DNA of 63,983 nt, filler included, from Stramenopiles sp. TOSAG23-3 (Eukaryota): assembly GCA_900128585.1 (NCBI GenBank). It is 4 parts of 4 records of this genome, joined end to end, with 100 filler letters (N's around TTAATTAATTAA, not from the genome) between each part and the next. Parts side by side here need not be neighbours in the genome. Positions count along the whole stretch, not along the records: positions 16,251 to 32,384 come from LT642498.1; positions 32,485 to 48,567 come from LT642499.1; 2 more parts are not named here. One strand, 5' to 3'. The notes under the pieces were generated by a model. It did no database searches. It had not been told where the DNA came from and saw nothing but the letters and a program-made list of their open reading frames with translations. Position numbers and translations under genes: made by a program. Each line of letters starts with the position of its first letter. Positions within the stretch are counted from its first letter, which is position 1. Below, piece by piece: positions 22,319-33,039 of this stretch.

Positions 22319-24808
22319 ATGTCTCTCCCAGAGGTCCTTCATTTAATAAATGCATGGGGCGTTCGCTTTCAGGGCATGTTGAGTATGAGGCTTGTGAACA
22401 AATGTTTGAATGAATGTGTGTCCTTGTGTATTGCTGAGTATGCTTGTGTGCAAACGTCTCGGTACTGTGTACTTCGGGGTCGACTTAACGAGAACTATGA
22501 GGGCGAACTGCTTCGAGACGTTCGCCGCCGTTTGGATGTGAAGCCTGGGTCCATTTTCTTTGCCAGTTCTGTGTTCCCTGGCAGTGGCAGTTTTCTTTTG
22601 GTTATGGCAGTAAACGCATCTACAAAGGATGATGTTGCCCAGATTTCCAGGCTCCAATGGGTGATATCCTTGGAACGCGTTGTAGGAGTGCAGGTGGGAC
22701 TCCCGTGCAAAAAGACAGCCGAGCATATTATCGCTTCGTACGTCCCCAAGCAGATACCGGAGTTGTTCCATATGTCATCTAGCGCGAGTTTAAAGCGGTT
22801 TCGAGTGACGGCGCGCCGGTTTGGAGAGCGTACGACTGATATAACGAGCGTAAAGTGCGCTCAGATATTAGGACGGAGCATAGCTCAAGCCCACGGTGGG
22901 GGTGCTGATATGATCTCTTTGCAAGCTTATGAAGTTGAAATTTTGGCGAAGATCTTCCAGAACGTTCTGATTCTCTCTGTCCCCCTCCAACGTACAAAAA
23001 GCCAAAACGGGGCGTACCATGGCTGTGGTGTTGCTCTTGCAATGCTCAGTCATCTGGAAGACGACCCGGCGTTTTCTCCCTCTCGCATACTGGACGCGTT
23101 TTCACCCCAAAGTTTAGAGTCTTCTGAGATTGTCCCAAGCTTGATCTGCGAGGCGAAAGCAAAGTTCCCCCATGCAGTCGAGTTTGGGGAGTGCAATGTA
23201 TTGGAAAACAACGTTGGGATTTCCGCCAACGAAAAATACGATGCCATTTTGTGCCGTCCAAACGAAATTCCCAAACTGAAGAAAAGAAAATCTTTGGACA
23301 GTTGGTACGTTTCTTGGTTGACAAAAATAGCGAATGGCCTGGGACTACCCGGCGGACTGTGCGTAGTGTTGGTTCGGGATGGACAGACAATTAACCGTGT
23401 TTTTGGGAAACTACTAGGACACCTTTTTGAGGTCGTGAAGGTAAAAACAATTGGTATCTACGGGGAGAATGGCTGGGCTCGAATAGTTGTTGCAAGAATA
23501 AAACTCCCGCTATTTTGTGTCCCAGAGCTTTGTGACGGCGCGCAGGTGGACTTTTCGACAGCAAGAGTGGAATTGCCTGAACCTCCCGCGGTTTCCATGT
23601 TTCGAGTAGAGGTTTTGCGAAGCCGGGTTTTGGGCGCCATGCGATCAGCTTGTGAAGTGAGTGGCCTAAAATTCGTTAATGTCGAAGAACTTCTGACCAA
23701 AGTAATATTTTCTGTCAGAGCACATAATTTGCCCCAGTATGATGCAGTTCTTCCGTCCATAATTGCAGGAAAGGAAGACGGGGACAGAGAAGTAGGTGGG
23801 AGTGCAGTAGTAAGCAAGGTATTTTTTAATTATATAACAGGGAATGTGCCGAGTGAAACAAAGGCCATGGAAAACCTACCGTCGACACTTGCGACCATCT
23901 GCGGGCAGGCTGCCGCTCTGGTCTATCATCACGGATTCACTCTTCAGGGCAGTGCAGAGCCCCCCAAGAATGTCGTAGAAGTGAAAAAACGACTTTGGCC
24001 GGGCCAAACGAATGCCCACTACGCTGCTTTGTTGTATAACGGCAGAGAAGTCTGCCGGTTGGACATGTCCAGGTACAAGCGCCTGGTGGTTGCACACAAC
24101 AGGTACGACCCCAGTTCTCCTGGCCAATGCATTGATCGGATCTTTACCATGGCTATGCGGTACCAGTCATTAATGTTGTCAACAAAGTGCCTTGGTATGC
24201 ATGCTGCGCTCCCCAACAACGTGTTTAAGCTGTTAGTCGATGCTCTGGGGTGCTCTGTCGAGTGCTTTGCGTCACCATTGAACCACACGCTGGAACATTT
24301 TTGTACTCTATTTCCCGATTCAGATCGTTTTTTCTCTGGAAAGAAGGGCGGGACATCCTTTTTTGAATTTTGGCCCGACTCTGGATCATTTCAATGCAAC
24401 CCGGTGTTCAGCGTTGATTTGGCAACAAAAATGTTTCAGCACATTGGGGCGATATTAGCTCGCAGCGACAACAGGGCCAGTGAAGCGTCAATAAATCGGG
24501 CAGCACCTCTTTCGTTTGCAATTTTTTTGCCAGAGTCACTGTTTGAAAAGTCATTTTGTCGGCCTGGCAAGTTCACCGAGGTTCTCAATGCAAGCGTGAG
24601 GCGCAAAGTACTAGTGCCAATGCACACACACTCGTACTTGAGAGGAGAGCAACACTTAATTTATGACGGGAATCTCAGAACCAATGCTCGCAATGCTGAT
24701 TTTAACACAGTTGTATTGTTTCTTCAAAACGAGCAAGGTGCACTAGTTTGGGAAACAACCGACAATTTCGAAGCGGAGCTCATTGGGACGTGGTGCACGC
24801 ATGAGTAG
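22319..24808 (+). CDS. F-box-like + THUMP + degenerate methyltransferase + PCIF1/CAPAM-like adenine methyltransferase fusion
   Basis: THUMP-like FRVTARR...TSVKCAQILG...ISL...EI...LILSVPL; PCIF1-like RYQSL...MHAALP..VF...ECFASPLN...FCTLFPDSDRFF...SFFEF.P.SGSFQCNPVF; ATG at 22319. Confidence 0.8.
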   Translation: MSLPEVLHLINAWGVRFQGMLSMRLVNKCLNECVSLCIAEYACVQTSRYCVLRGRLNENYEGELLRDVRRRLDVKPGSIFFASSVFPGSGSFLLVMAVNASTKDDVAQISRLQWVISLERVVGVQVGLPCKKTAEHIIASYVPKQIPELFHMSSSASLKRFRVTARRFGERTTDITSVKCAQILGRSIAQAHGGGADMISLQAYEVEILAKIFQNVLILSVPLQRTKSQNGAYHGCGVALAMLSHLEDDPAFSPSRILDAFSPQSLESSEIVPSLICEAKAKFPHAVEFGECNVLENNVGISANEKYDAILCRPNEIPKLKKRKSLDSWYVSWLTKIANGLGLPGGLCVVLVRDGQTINRVFGKLLGHLFEVVKVKTIGIYGENGWARIVVARIKLPLFCVPELCDGAQVDFSTARVELPEPPAVSMFRVEVLRSRVLGAMRSACEVSGLKFVNVEELLTKVIFSVRAHNLPQYDAVLPSIIAGKEDGDREVGGSAVVSKVFFNYITGNVPSETKAMENLPSTLATICGQAAALVYHHGFTLQGSAEPPKNVVEVKKRLWPGQTNAHYAALLYNGREVCRLDMSRYKRLVVAHNRYDPSSPGQCIDRIFTMAMRYQSLMLSTKCLGMHAALPNNVFKLLVDALGCSVECFASPLNHTLEHFCTLFPDSDRFFSGKKGGTSFFEFWPDSGSFQCNPVFSVDLATKMFQHIGAILARSDNRASEASINRAAPLSFAIFLPESLFEKSFCRPGKFTEVLNASVRRKVLVPMHTHSYLRGEQHLIYDGNLRTNARNADFNTVVLFLQNEQGALVWETTDNFEAELIGTWCTHE

Positions 24809-25139
24809 AGAACAAAATTTCCGAACTTCCGGTTATCTTTCTTAATTCTTAAGAACTCCAAAGCATCGAAAAGGGTTCATTTTACAAAGTATTACTCTCT
24901 CTTATTAATTAACGATCTTGACAATATGATTTATCTTGAGTTTAATATGACTACACTGATATATTGGGATTTTCTACACTACACTGATAAAGAATTATTT
25001 CAATTTTAAGAGTATCAAAAAATTTAAAACCCTTCCTCCTGTGAAAACAAATTAATATAGTCTTCAAAAAACAAGAAACTAATTCTTACTCTCTTTACGG
25101 TTTAAATTGAGATATTTACGCCCATCTTTCTTATTATTT

Positions 25140-25967
25140 TTACAAGTCTTCTCTCCAAGAGGGGTGGATAAATTCTTCGTTCATATCAACATGCAAGTGC
25201 TTTTGATTTCTTCGCAGACGTTGGTCGGTGTGCATTTGGATTAAATGGCTAAACTCTGCTAATATGAGGTAACCGTCTTTGTCCGCATCAACTTGGGCAA
25301 AGTCCATGGCCAAATTTTCTAACGTTCTTTCAAATTCCCGCTTCCTCTTTTTCATCTCCTTCACACCTTTGGCACCTTCAAAATCTGAAGGACTCTGACC
25401 TGCATGCACTCCAAGCCATTTCACCCGGTCGACCGTCATGGTATCCACTTCCCGTTGCAGATAAGTCTGTACTTCTTCAATGTACACGTTACCGTCCCCG
25501 TCCCGGTCGATGTTTTTAAAGTGCATCTTTGGGATGGTGGATGATACCATTTCCATGTTAATTCCAGAAAAGGGGTGGGTCTCATCATAGTAATGTTTCG
25601 CCTTCAAGTTTTGCTTTTTGGTATGATCCGCATTTTGTATACTAATACCGGACGAGTAATGTTGGCGCACGATATCCGACGCCATCATTTCGACATTGCC
25701 GTGCGAAACTCCTTGAATTTTCAGCTGGTGGACGATTTGTTCGTGACTAATGTCCCCACCGGGATGGGGGAAATCGTCCATCGAGTGTGGATGCGATATG
25801 TCCGGATGGTTGTGTTTGGGGGTTTTTAAGTGCGAAGGAACAGGATCTTTCATGGTATTCATAAAGCTACCGTGGTCAGGGTGAGTGAAGTCCCGAGTTG
25901 CTTCAGAAGACCGCCACGTGGCCAACATGATCATAAGTACAAATCCATTCATTTTCAAACCGTGCAT
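25140..25967 (-). CDS. ER-lumenal EF-hand calcium-binding protein
   Basis: Signal peptide; EF loops DRDGDGNVYIEE and DADKDGYLILAE; C-terminal REDL retention signal; His-rich N-region. Confidence 0.75.
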   Translation of the reverse strand: MHGLKMNGFVLMIMLATWRSSEATRDFTHPDHGSFMNTMKDPVPSHLKTPKHNHPDISHPHSMDDFPHPGGDISHEQIVHQLKIQGVSHGNVEMMASDIVRQHYSSGISIQNADHTKKQNLKAKHYYDETHPFSGINMEMVSSTIPKMHFKNIDRDGDGNVYIEEVQTYLQREVDTMTVDRVKWLGVHAGQSPSDFEGAKGVKEMKKRKREFERTLENLAMDFAQVDADKDGYLILAEFSHLIQMHTDQRLRRNQKHLHVDMNEEFIHPSWREDL

Positions 25968-26382
25968 CGTCCCAACTGTATTGTTCACACAGCTTGCCTG
26001 ACACGATCAATGAAAAAATCAGTAATATTCTCAATGATTCTTCGGTGTACTTTCTGTGTGAAACATTTACGCACGAAGTAACTATATTTGTGAAATAAAA
26101 ATTGGTTTTAGATATATACCAAGCAGTACCAGGCACGGGGACCTGTAACCAAAAAAAGAAGTGTAAAAAATAAAATTTGTTTTTCTCTCTTCTCTTTAAT
26201 AATATGATTATTATATACCTCCTAATGATGTGTACATTTGTTAATGTAACTTTATCTCACTCATCATCAATCGATCATCATCATCTTCTTTGTTGGCTCT
26301 TGCTGTGTGTATATTATCTCTATCTATACTGCTGGTAGACATTTCACGACTACAAATCACGTTCCGGGTGGCCCATAAAAAT

Positions 26383-29067
26383 TCACTCAAAGTACATGCT
26401 TTCATCTTCGAACTCTGTCTGTGCAGCATTCGCTGTTAGCGGGAGGGCCTCCTTTTCTTTTCCGGCCTTCCTCTTTTTTTCGTTGCTTCTCTCCCCCCCT
26501 TTCTTCGGCTCTCTGACTCTACAGACACCTGCGGGGATGCCATGTTTTATAAAGTATTTCAGCCAGGCCACTTGTCGACCGTCCAAGCGGTCGCGGGGGC
26601 CTTTGACCTCCATCAGGATCGACTCGAATGAGTTTGCTTCCAGCAGGCACTGCACAGTCTGCTCTCGAAATGAAGGTCCAGCCGGCATTTCGACCGGAAG
26701 CGCTCCTTCTGCACCCTTCCAGTCTCCGTGGTGATTGCCCAACCATTCCGCGCACCATTTTTCGTACGGTTGTCCATCAATCTTCCAAAGAAAATTGTCG
26801 GGCATTCCGCCTCTCCAATAACGAAAATTCTCGGCCAAGCGTTTGAAGATCAGGGCCAAAGCGGGCCCGCCTAGACAGGCTCCAGCACACCCCAAAATTT
26901 CTGCCGTCCAACGGTCCCAAGGTACCAGGCTTTCTTTGCCCATGTGCTTGTCCCAAGCGCTGAAAACAGAATTTGCAAGCAAATGCGGGGAAAGCCCCGA
27001 TATTTCTTTCAAACGAGCAGTAAGCGTACCCTTTCGTCGAGCTGCAAAATCCCTGTACCCTAGATCCAACGGTGCTTGTTGAAACGGGTTGGCAAAAACG
27101 TTCTCTACAGTGTCGTCAAATATGACGTCCCAGAGCAGTAGCCCAAACAAAGCAGAGACCAGGCTTCCTTCACAATGCAGCCCAGTCCACCCCTCTTCTT
27201 TATGAAAATGCTGCAAGACTAACTCTTCGACCGAACATCCGATGGTCCCGTCAAAGCCAATAAATTTGCTCTTTGTGCCGGCCTCCCGGTTGTAAGGTCT
27301 ATCTTCGATAGTCCACACGTGCTCTTCTGGGATAAAGTTAAAATTCGACACGCCTTGCGCTGGAATGTTCATGGAGGCCAGAGATTTTTGTGCCGAATCA
27401 TTACCCGGTTTCCCTTCCCCCTTTCCCATCTTTTTCATAATTTTAGTCTCAATGACACTTTTTCTCTTGGAAATTTCGAACACATCCCCACTGTCTTTGA
27501 CAACGTTCTTGTCTTTCGAAGCCTCCGTGGCTATCTTGAGTAGGGATTCCAAAGGCCACTTCAGGTGGTTAGCATCAACTAACGTCCTAATCCAAAATTT
27601 ACCTCGGCGTCTGGGGTGCCATGGTAGGTTTAATAACTGGTACAGTAGCGCGATGGCAACGTTGTACTGCTTGCTTTTCTCGAAAATACTGATCCCTTCA
27701 GAAACAATACTCGACAGGACCGATCCTTCGTAGAATCGGTGCAAATACTCGGCAACGCCGTCTTCGGGAAACCCAGAGTCCCTTAGGTGAGCGCTTGCTT
27801 GGAGCACAATGCATTGGGAACAATGTCCTAGACTTTTATGAGAAAATTTTACACCATTCCAAGCAGATGGAACGCTATTGTTACACAGAGAACTTTTGCA
27901 CAACGTATCCGCGACATCGTCTGCAGCGCACCAGCAGTCCGGATCTTGTTCCCCGCCTGCACAATCGGATTCTTCGTTGGAGGTCTCTTGCGCCCCGGAA
28001 AATTCATGGTAAAGTTCTACCGCTCGTTCATATCCCAACCACGATTCACGAGATGGAAACACAGCGTTTGTCAGCGAAGGCGTGTAATCTACAAAGTTAC
28101 GAAGACCAAACATGACCATCAAACCATCGTTAGGCAACGCAGAATTTGAACGCTCATCGCTGCTGTGTTGGGCAATTTCGTACCCCGCATTGTCCGCCCC
28201 AGAGGTAACGGACGTCAAGTAGAACAGGCTATACAGTCTTCTACACAAAATTTTTGGCTCTAACGACAGGGAAACGATAGCGTCAAAATGTTTCCTGTCG
28301 CTGTTTTGCCGCTTATACGCATTCTTGGCACCACTTAAAACAGCCTTCAAGTGTTTGCATAAATTGACTTTACCCCCGAATAAGGTTTTCTGCTTGAGCG
28401 TGATTCTTTCAATGCTGGAAAAAATTTCAGCCTTCGTCTTTGATGTTTTGGCCTTGCCCCCCATGCGGCTAAGCAAAACCATGGCGGACGCTTTCCCCAG
28501 CTGCCGAGAAATGCGCAAGCACTCTTTATTACCCGGGTGCCCGTCTAGCGGAAAAACTACCATGCCGCAGTCGTGCAGCTCCTGCATTCCCCGTTCCAAC
28601 TCTGCCACAGTCAACAAGCTTGATTTCCTAAACCTTTCTCCAAGGAGCTCCTCGGCAAAGAAGAAATTCCCTGTTCTTCCGAACAGTCGCGCGTATATCA
28701 ACGTTGCAACCGAAGAAAGATTCAGTATTTTTGCGGCCAATGTCAATTCTCCAGGAAGCAATAGCCTTTGCAGCTCTTTTCGCTCCACGGTCACGGACCT
28801 CACTATCCACCGGAAATGCTTCGTATACGCCGATGTGGCTGGGGTGATTTCTATATCAGGGGCTGCTCCCCCAGAATCACTCTCTGCCTCATTACTGTTG
28901 GCACCGACCGGCTCCATTTTCGTTAATGATATGTCACCTGAAGTTTCTGACCTCTCTTTGAGCCCCCCAGCCCCGTTGGGTTTACCCGGACGGTACGATA
29001 AGGACAGTTTGGAGACTCGCCGCTTCTTTCGTGGAACTGCATCAGCGCTATTCATAGTTGAGCCCAA
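26383..29067 (-). CDS. FAN1: Fanconi-associated nuclease 1 (VRR-NUC)
   Basis: IYARLFGR, RRRGKFWIR TPR region, SVEELVLQH...GLHCEG, FQQAPLDL, GGMPD...EVKGPRDRL...Q.AW nuclease motifs. Confidence 0.92.
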   Translation of the reverse strand: MGSTMNSADAVPRKKRRVSKLSLSYRPGKPNGAGGLKERSETSGDISLTKMEPVGANSNEAESDSGGAAPDIEITPATSAYTKHFRWIVRSVTVERKELQRLLLPGELTLAAKILNLSSVATLIYARLFGRTGNFFFAEELLGERFRKSSLLTVAELERGMQELHDCGMVVFPLDGHPGNKECLRISRQLGKASAMVLLSRMGGKAKTSKTKAEIFSSIERITLKQKTLFGGKVNLCKHLKAVLSGAKNAYKRQNSDRKHFDAIVSLSLEPKILCRRLYSLFYLTSVTSGADNAGYEIAQHSSDERSNSALPNDGLMVMFGLRNFVDYTPSLTNAVFPSRESWLGYERAVELYHEFSGAQETSNEESDCAGGEQDPDCWCAADDVADTLCKSSLCNNSVPSAWNGVKFSHKSLGHCSQCIVLQASAHLRDSGFPEDGVAEYLHRFYEGSVLSSIVSEGISIFEKSKQYNVAIALLYQLLNLPWHPRRRGKFWIRTLVDANHLKWPLESLLKIATEASKDKNVVKDSGDVFEISKRKSVIETKIMKKMGKGEGKPGNDSAQKSLASMNIPAQGVSNFNFIPEEHVWTIEDRPYNREAGTKSKFIGFDGTIGCSVEELVLQHFHKEEGWTGLHCEGSLVSALFGLLLWDVIFDDTVENVFANPFQQAPLDLGYRDFAARRKGTLTARLKEISGLSPHLLANSVFSAWDKHMGKESLVPWDRWTAEILGCAGACLGGPALALIFKRLAENFRYWRGGMPDNFLWKIDGQPYEKWCAEWLGNHHGDWKGAEGALPVEMPAGPSFREQTVQCLLEANSFESILMEVKGPRDRLDGRQVAWLKYFIKHGIPAGVCRVREPKKGGERSNEKKRKAGKEKEALPLTANAAQTEFEDESMYFE

Positions 29068-29913
29068 TTACATCCAGCAAATTGAGTTTAATTTTAGCAC
29101 CTGCTCTCCCATAAGACTTCCCCTTGTTTCAAAGCATAATTGGTCTTCTCTTCTATGTCTTTCCTTACTTTTTCCTACAATCCAATTGTTCCTCCTTTTA
29201 ATTTTTTTTATGGTAGTGGTGGGATCGATGATGATGAGAGTTGACGGAGCGAGGATTGTGATTATATTTGTTGAGGAGGAGGAGGATGAATAAAATTAAT
29301 AATAATAATAATAATAAAATAATATGATGATGATAGACTGACTATTATTATGATAAGATGGATATGTTGAATTGTTTTCGAAGAAGAAGGAAAAGGAGGA
29401 ACACAGCATCAGGCTCTACGGTATTTTTTATTATTTGCTTGATTTTTTTCATTAAAAAAAAATAATCTTCTTCTTCCTTCCTTCTTGGATTTTTTTGATG
29501 CTGCTGCTCTGCTGGTCGTCCGATGATGTACGGTATTATACGAGGAGACTACGTACATACGGTAAATCACAATGTGGAGGAGTTCATTGCCAATTCAAGT
29601 TCAACGAAGGGATGTTCTTATGAACACCGGTAGGCATTAATACGGAACGGGTACCGGCACGGTGGTAGGGGCGGGAACGGTAATCATAAGATATGAAGAA
29701 GATGGACCGTCCGTTCCTCCTCTACTTGAAGTTCTGTTCTTCTGAGAAACCTAGAACCGATTTTGTATAATTTTGTTCTTATGAGAGAAGAACCACTTTC
29801 AATATTTACTACGTATAAAATTGAAATAAATTGCAGTACGGTAGTACGTTCTGCAGTAATTTGTCCTCGTTGAGCGCCATCTTTACACTTTGTACACCCT
29901 GAAATTGTACCCG

Positions 29914-32214
29914 ATGGTTAACTTAGTAAACGGCTGTTGTATTTTGTCGCTGGCACTATGTTTGCCAATGGTTTATGGGATACCGCCAGGGGCCTGCCGA
30001 ACGAGTCGAACTAAATCTCTTCCATTTTGTGACACCACTTTGACTTTCGAAGAGAGAGTCAAAGACTTGGTGAAGCGCTTGAACCTTGACGAAAAAATCG
30101 GTCTTTTGAGTAGTGCCCACGATGCTATTCCACACCTTGATATTCCTGCCTACGATTTTGGAAACGAGTGTTTGCACGGCACAAGAGTAGTCGGCGGAAA
30201 TCTCCCGGCGTCAGTGGCAGAGAACGGGGCGACTGTATTCGCCCAACCGTTGGGCATGGCGGCAACTTTCGATACGGACTTGATTTCGTTGGTTGGTAAT
30301 GCTATATCGGATGAGTCCAGGGCAATTAGCAACGCGGGGGGCTCTACTAAGCCTGGTGTACCTGGATTTTTAGACTGCTGGGCACCCAACGTCAATATTT
30401 TCAGGGACCCACGTTGGGGACGTGGAAGCGAGACGTACGGCGAGGACCCAACCTTAACGAGCAGGATGCTCCACGCATTTGTGACGGGAATTCAGGTGGG
30501 AATACCCGCGAGCACGTCTAAGTTTGTGAAAGTCATGTCAGTGCTGAAACATTTCGTGGCATATTCATTGGAGGAGGCGGACGGAGAGATGCGCTTTTAC
30601 TTTGACGCAAAAACTACGGAGCAGGACATGCAAGACACTTATCTTCCGGCCTTTAAAGTTGGAGTCCAAGACGCAAAAGCGAGGGGTATCATGTGTTCCT
30701 ACAATGCTGTAAATTCCAAACCAATGTGTGGCAACGCGGAGCTTTTGACGGGAACACTTCGAAATAACTGGTCTTATACTGGCCATGTTGTGTCCGATTG
30801 CTCTGCCGTTGGCAATATTTACGACCCAGCGGGGTATACAGATGACCTCCCGTCCGCCTCCGCCATGGCTTTGAAAGCCGGGACCGATATGAACTGCGGG
30901 CCAGCGTACGCGGCATCCATGCAGCAGGCCGTAGACGAAAAATTGGTAGCAGAGGAAGATATCAATGCTGCAATATCACGTTCACTTTTGGGTAGGTTTG
31001 AAGTCGGTCAGTTCGATCCCCCCGAAGACAATCCTTTTACGAAAATTCCGTTGGAAGTGGTAGGGTCCCCCGAGCACTTTCAGATCGCCAGGGAAGTTGC
31101 CAGAAAGTCAATCGTACTCTTGAAAAACGACGATGGCGTGCTACCACTGTCAAAGCCAAGCCAAAAAACCATTGCCGTCATAGGCCCAAACGCAAATGAT
31201 ACTCTTGTGCTCTTAGGGAATTACCACGGGCGACCAGCGTTTGGAAACGTTACTACCCCGCTCATGGCAATGCAGGACCGCATGGGTAAAGAGAAGAACA
31301 TTCTGTACGCGCCCGGTGTAGATGTCGTGAGCGGAGACGGGGCGTGGGGGTTCGATCCTGCAATCGACGCAGCCCGGAAAGCAGACGTTGCCGTTCTCTT
31401 TCTGGGATCCTCTTCAAAAGGGACCGTCGAAGGCGTGACTCACCTGGACACTATAGAAAAAGAATCGATGGATCGCCGGACGCTTGGTCTTCCAGGTTTG
31501 CAGAGCGATTTAGTGAAGGCACTCACCAAGCACAGCACCTGTGACATTGTTGTTGTTTTGATCAATGGGGGCCCTATCGCAATTGAAGACTTGCTAACCA
31601 ACCGAAGGGTGAAAAGCATTCTGCAGGCATGGTATCCTGGGCAAAATGGCGGCGATGCGGTGGTCGACATCCTTAGTGGAGACTATTCACCGAGTGGAAA
31701 GTTACCCGTCACAATTTACGCTGCCAATTACACCGACCAAATAAAAGCGACAGACATGGACATGAGGACGTTTCCGGGACGAACATATCGATATTTGCAA
31801 GTGCCACCTTTGTTTCCATTTGGGTATGGGATGTCCTATGCTGAGTTTCAGTATTTGAGCATGTCCCTTTCTTCACCGATTTTGCAGAAAGGGAAAGACA
31901 CTATCAGTGTAAGTGTTGAGTGCAAAAATGTGGGCAGCGTTTCTTCCGATGAAGTGATCCTGTTATTTGTTTCTTTTGCGGTGGGTGTTGACATGCCCCA
32001 TCTTGGAAAAACCCCAAACCGCGACTTGCGACGTTTCCAGAGATTGGCCGCGGTGAAGCCAAATGAAACCCGAACAGTGCTTTTCCAACTTTCCAGAAAA
32101 GACTTTGAGCTGTCAACTGTATCTGGTAGCCGTGAAATTGTGAAAGGTTCATGGAACATTGAGATTGGGGTGGGAAAGGGGAAAATCAGAGCAGCGATAG
32201 AAGTCGAAGTGTAG
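29914..32214 (+). CDS. Secreted GH3 beta-xylosidase/beta-glucosidase
   Basis: Signal peptide; WAPNVNIFRDPRWGRGSETYGEDP, KHF, MCSYN, VVSDC nucleophile, AWYPGQ.GG, GRTYRY, PFGYGMSY, C-terminal Fn3-like domain. Confidence 0.95.
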   Translation: MVNLVNGCCILSLALCLPMVYGIPPGACRTSRTKSLPFCDTTLTFEERVKDLVKRLNLDEKIGLLSSAHDAIPHLDIPAYDFGNECLHGTRVVGGNLPASVAENGATVFAQPLGMAATFDTDLISLVGNAISDESRAISNAGGSTKPGVPGFLDCWAPNVNIFRDPRWGRGSETYGEDPTLTSRMLHAFVTGIQVGIPASTSKFVKVMSVLKHFVAYSLEEADGEMRFYFDAKTTEQDMQDTYLPAFKVGVQDAKARGIMCSYNAVNSKPMCGNAELLTGTLRNNWSYTGHVVSDCSAVGNIYDPAGYTDDLPSASAMALKAGTDMNCGPAYAASMQQAVDEKLVAEEDINAAISRSLLGRFEVGQFDPPEDNPFTKIPLEVVGSPEHFQIAREVARKSIVLLKNDDGVLPLSKPSQKTIAVIGPNANDTLVLLGNYHGRPAFGNVTTPLMAMQDRMGKEKNILYAPGVDVVSGDGAWGFDPAIDAARKADVAVLFLGSSSKGTVEGVTHLDTIEKESMDRRTLGLPGLQSDLVKALTKHSTCDIVVVLINGGPIAIEDLLTNRRVKSILQAWYPGQNGGDAVVDILSGDYSPSGKLPVTIYAANYTDQIKATDMDMRTFPGRTYRYLQVPPLFPFGYGMSYAEFQYLSMSLSSPILQKGKDTISVSVECKNVGSVSSDEVILLFVSFAVGVDMPHLGKTPNRDLRRFQRLAAVKPNETRTVLFQLSRKDFELSTVSGSREIVKGSWNIEIGVGKGKIRAAIEVEV

Positions 32215-32384
32215 AGCAACGGTTTCCAGTGTCTTCAAATTCAAAGCATCGAACAGGGTCCAGTTTAAATAGGCGATAATAAGTACATTTATTACTATAC
32301 TATAATATGATTCTATTATTTTTTCAAGGGAGACGTTGCGACGAGAGCAAGGATGCAAGTATCTTTGGCGCGGAATTGAAAAAT

Positions 32385-32484
32385 NNNNNNNNNNNNNNNN
32401 NNNNNNNNNNNNNNNNNNNNNNNNNNNNTTAATTAATTAANNNNNNNNNNNNNNNNNNNNNNNNNNNNNNNNNNNNNNNNNNNN
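32385..32484. other. Artificial contig spacer N44-TTAATTAATTAA-N44
   Basis: Same 100-nt linker. Confidence 0.98.
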
Positions 32485-32485
32485 T

Positions 32486-32517
32486 GATGATGTTGAAGAT
32501 ACGATGGAAGTTAAATC

Positions 32518-32556
<39 letters not shown>

Positions 32557-32923
32557 ATTCATTGATTATGATTCATATGGTTCTAGTAATAGTAGTAGTA
32601 GTAGTAGTAACAACAGCAAAAAGAGAAAAAGAGATGATGATGATGAGGAAGGTGAATATTATGTAACTCACAAAACCGATTGGGGAACATTTTTATTTCG
32701 GTATGAAATAGTTAATAATATCCAAATTTTGCATTACCCTGAAGCATTGGGGTGGGGATGCATTAAATGGAAAAGACGTTGGAATCAAAAACTACACAAC
32801 GAAAAAATAAAAATGTTTGTTGATGATGGTGAAGTAATACAACAAGAACAAGTAGATCAATATGAAAAAGCAAAAGTGAAACAATTACAAAGTCGAGAAA
32901 ATCAATGGAGGGGATTTGAATAA
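32486..32923 (+). CDS. 3' fragment of an acidic low-complexity protein (5' cut by contig edge)
   Basis: Open frame from the contig start through ORF 32504..32923; poly-Asp/Ser tracts followed by a complex C-terminus. Confidence 0.45.
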
Positions 32924-33039
32924 AAACATACATATAATATATATAATAATAAAATAACATATATATATATATATATATATCATTATATCATCTTCTAAAA
33001 ATTCATCTTCACTTTTTTAATAAATTTCCCAAAGACAAA

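Noticed and set aside
28325-29293. 322-aa plus-strand ORF
   Set aside because: Antisense to FAN1; no recognisable motifs
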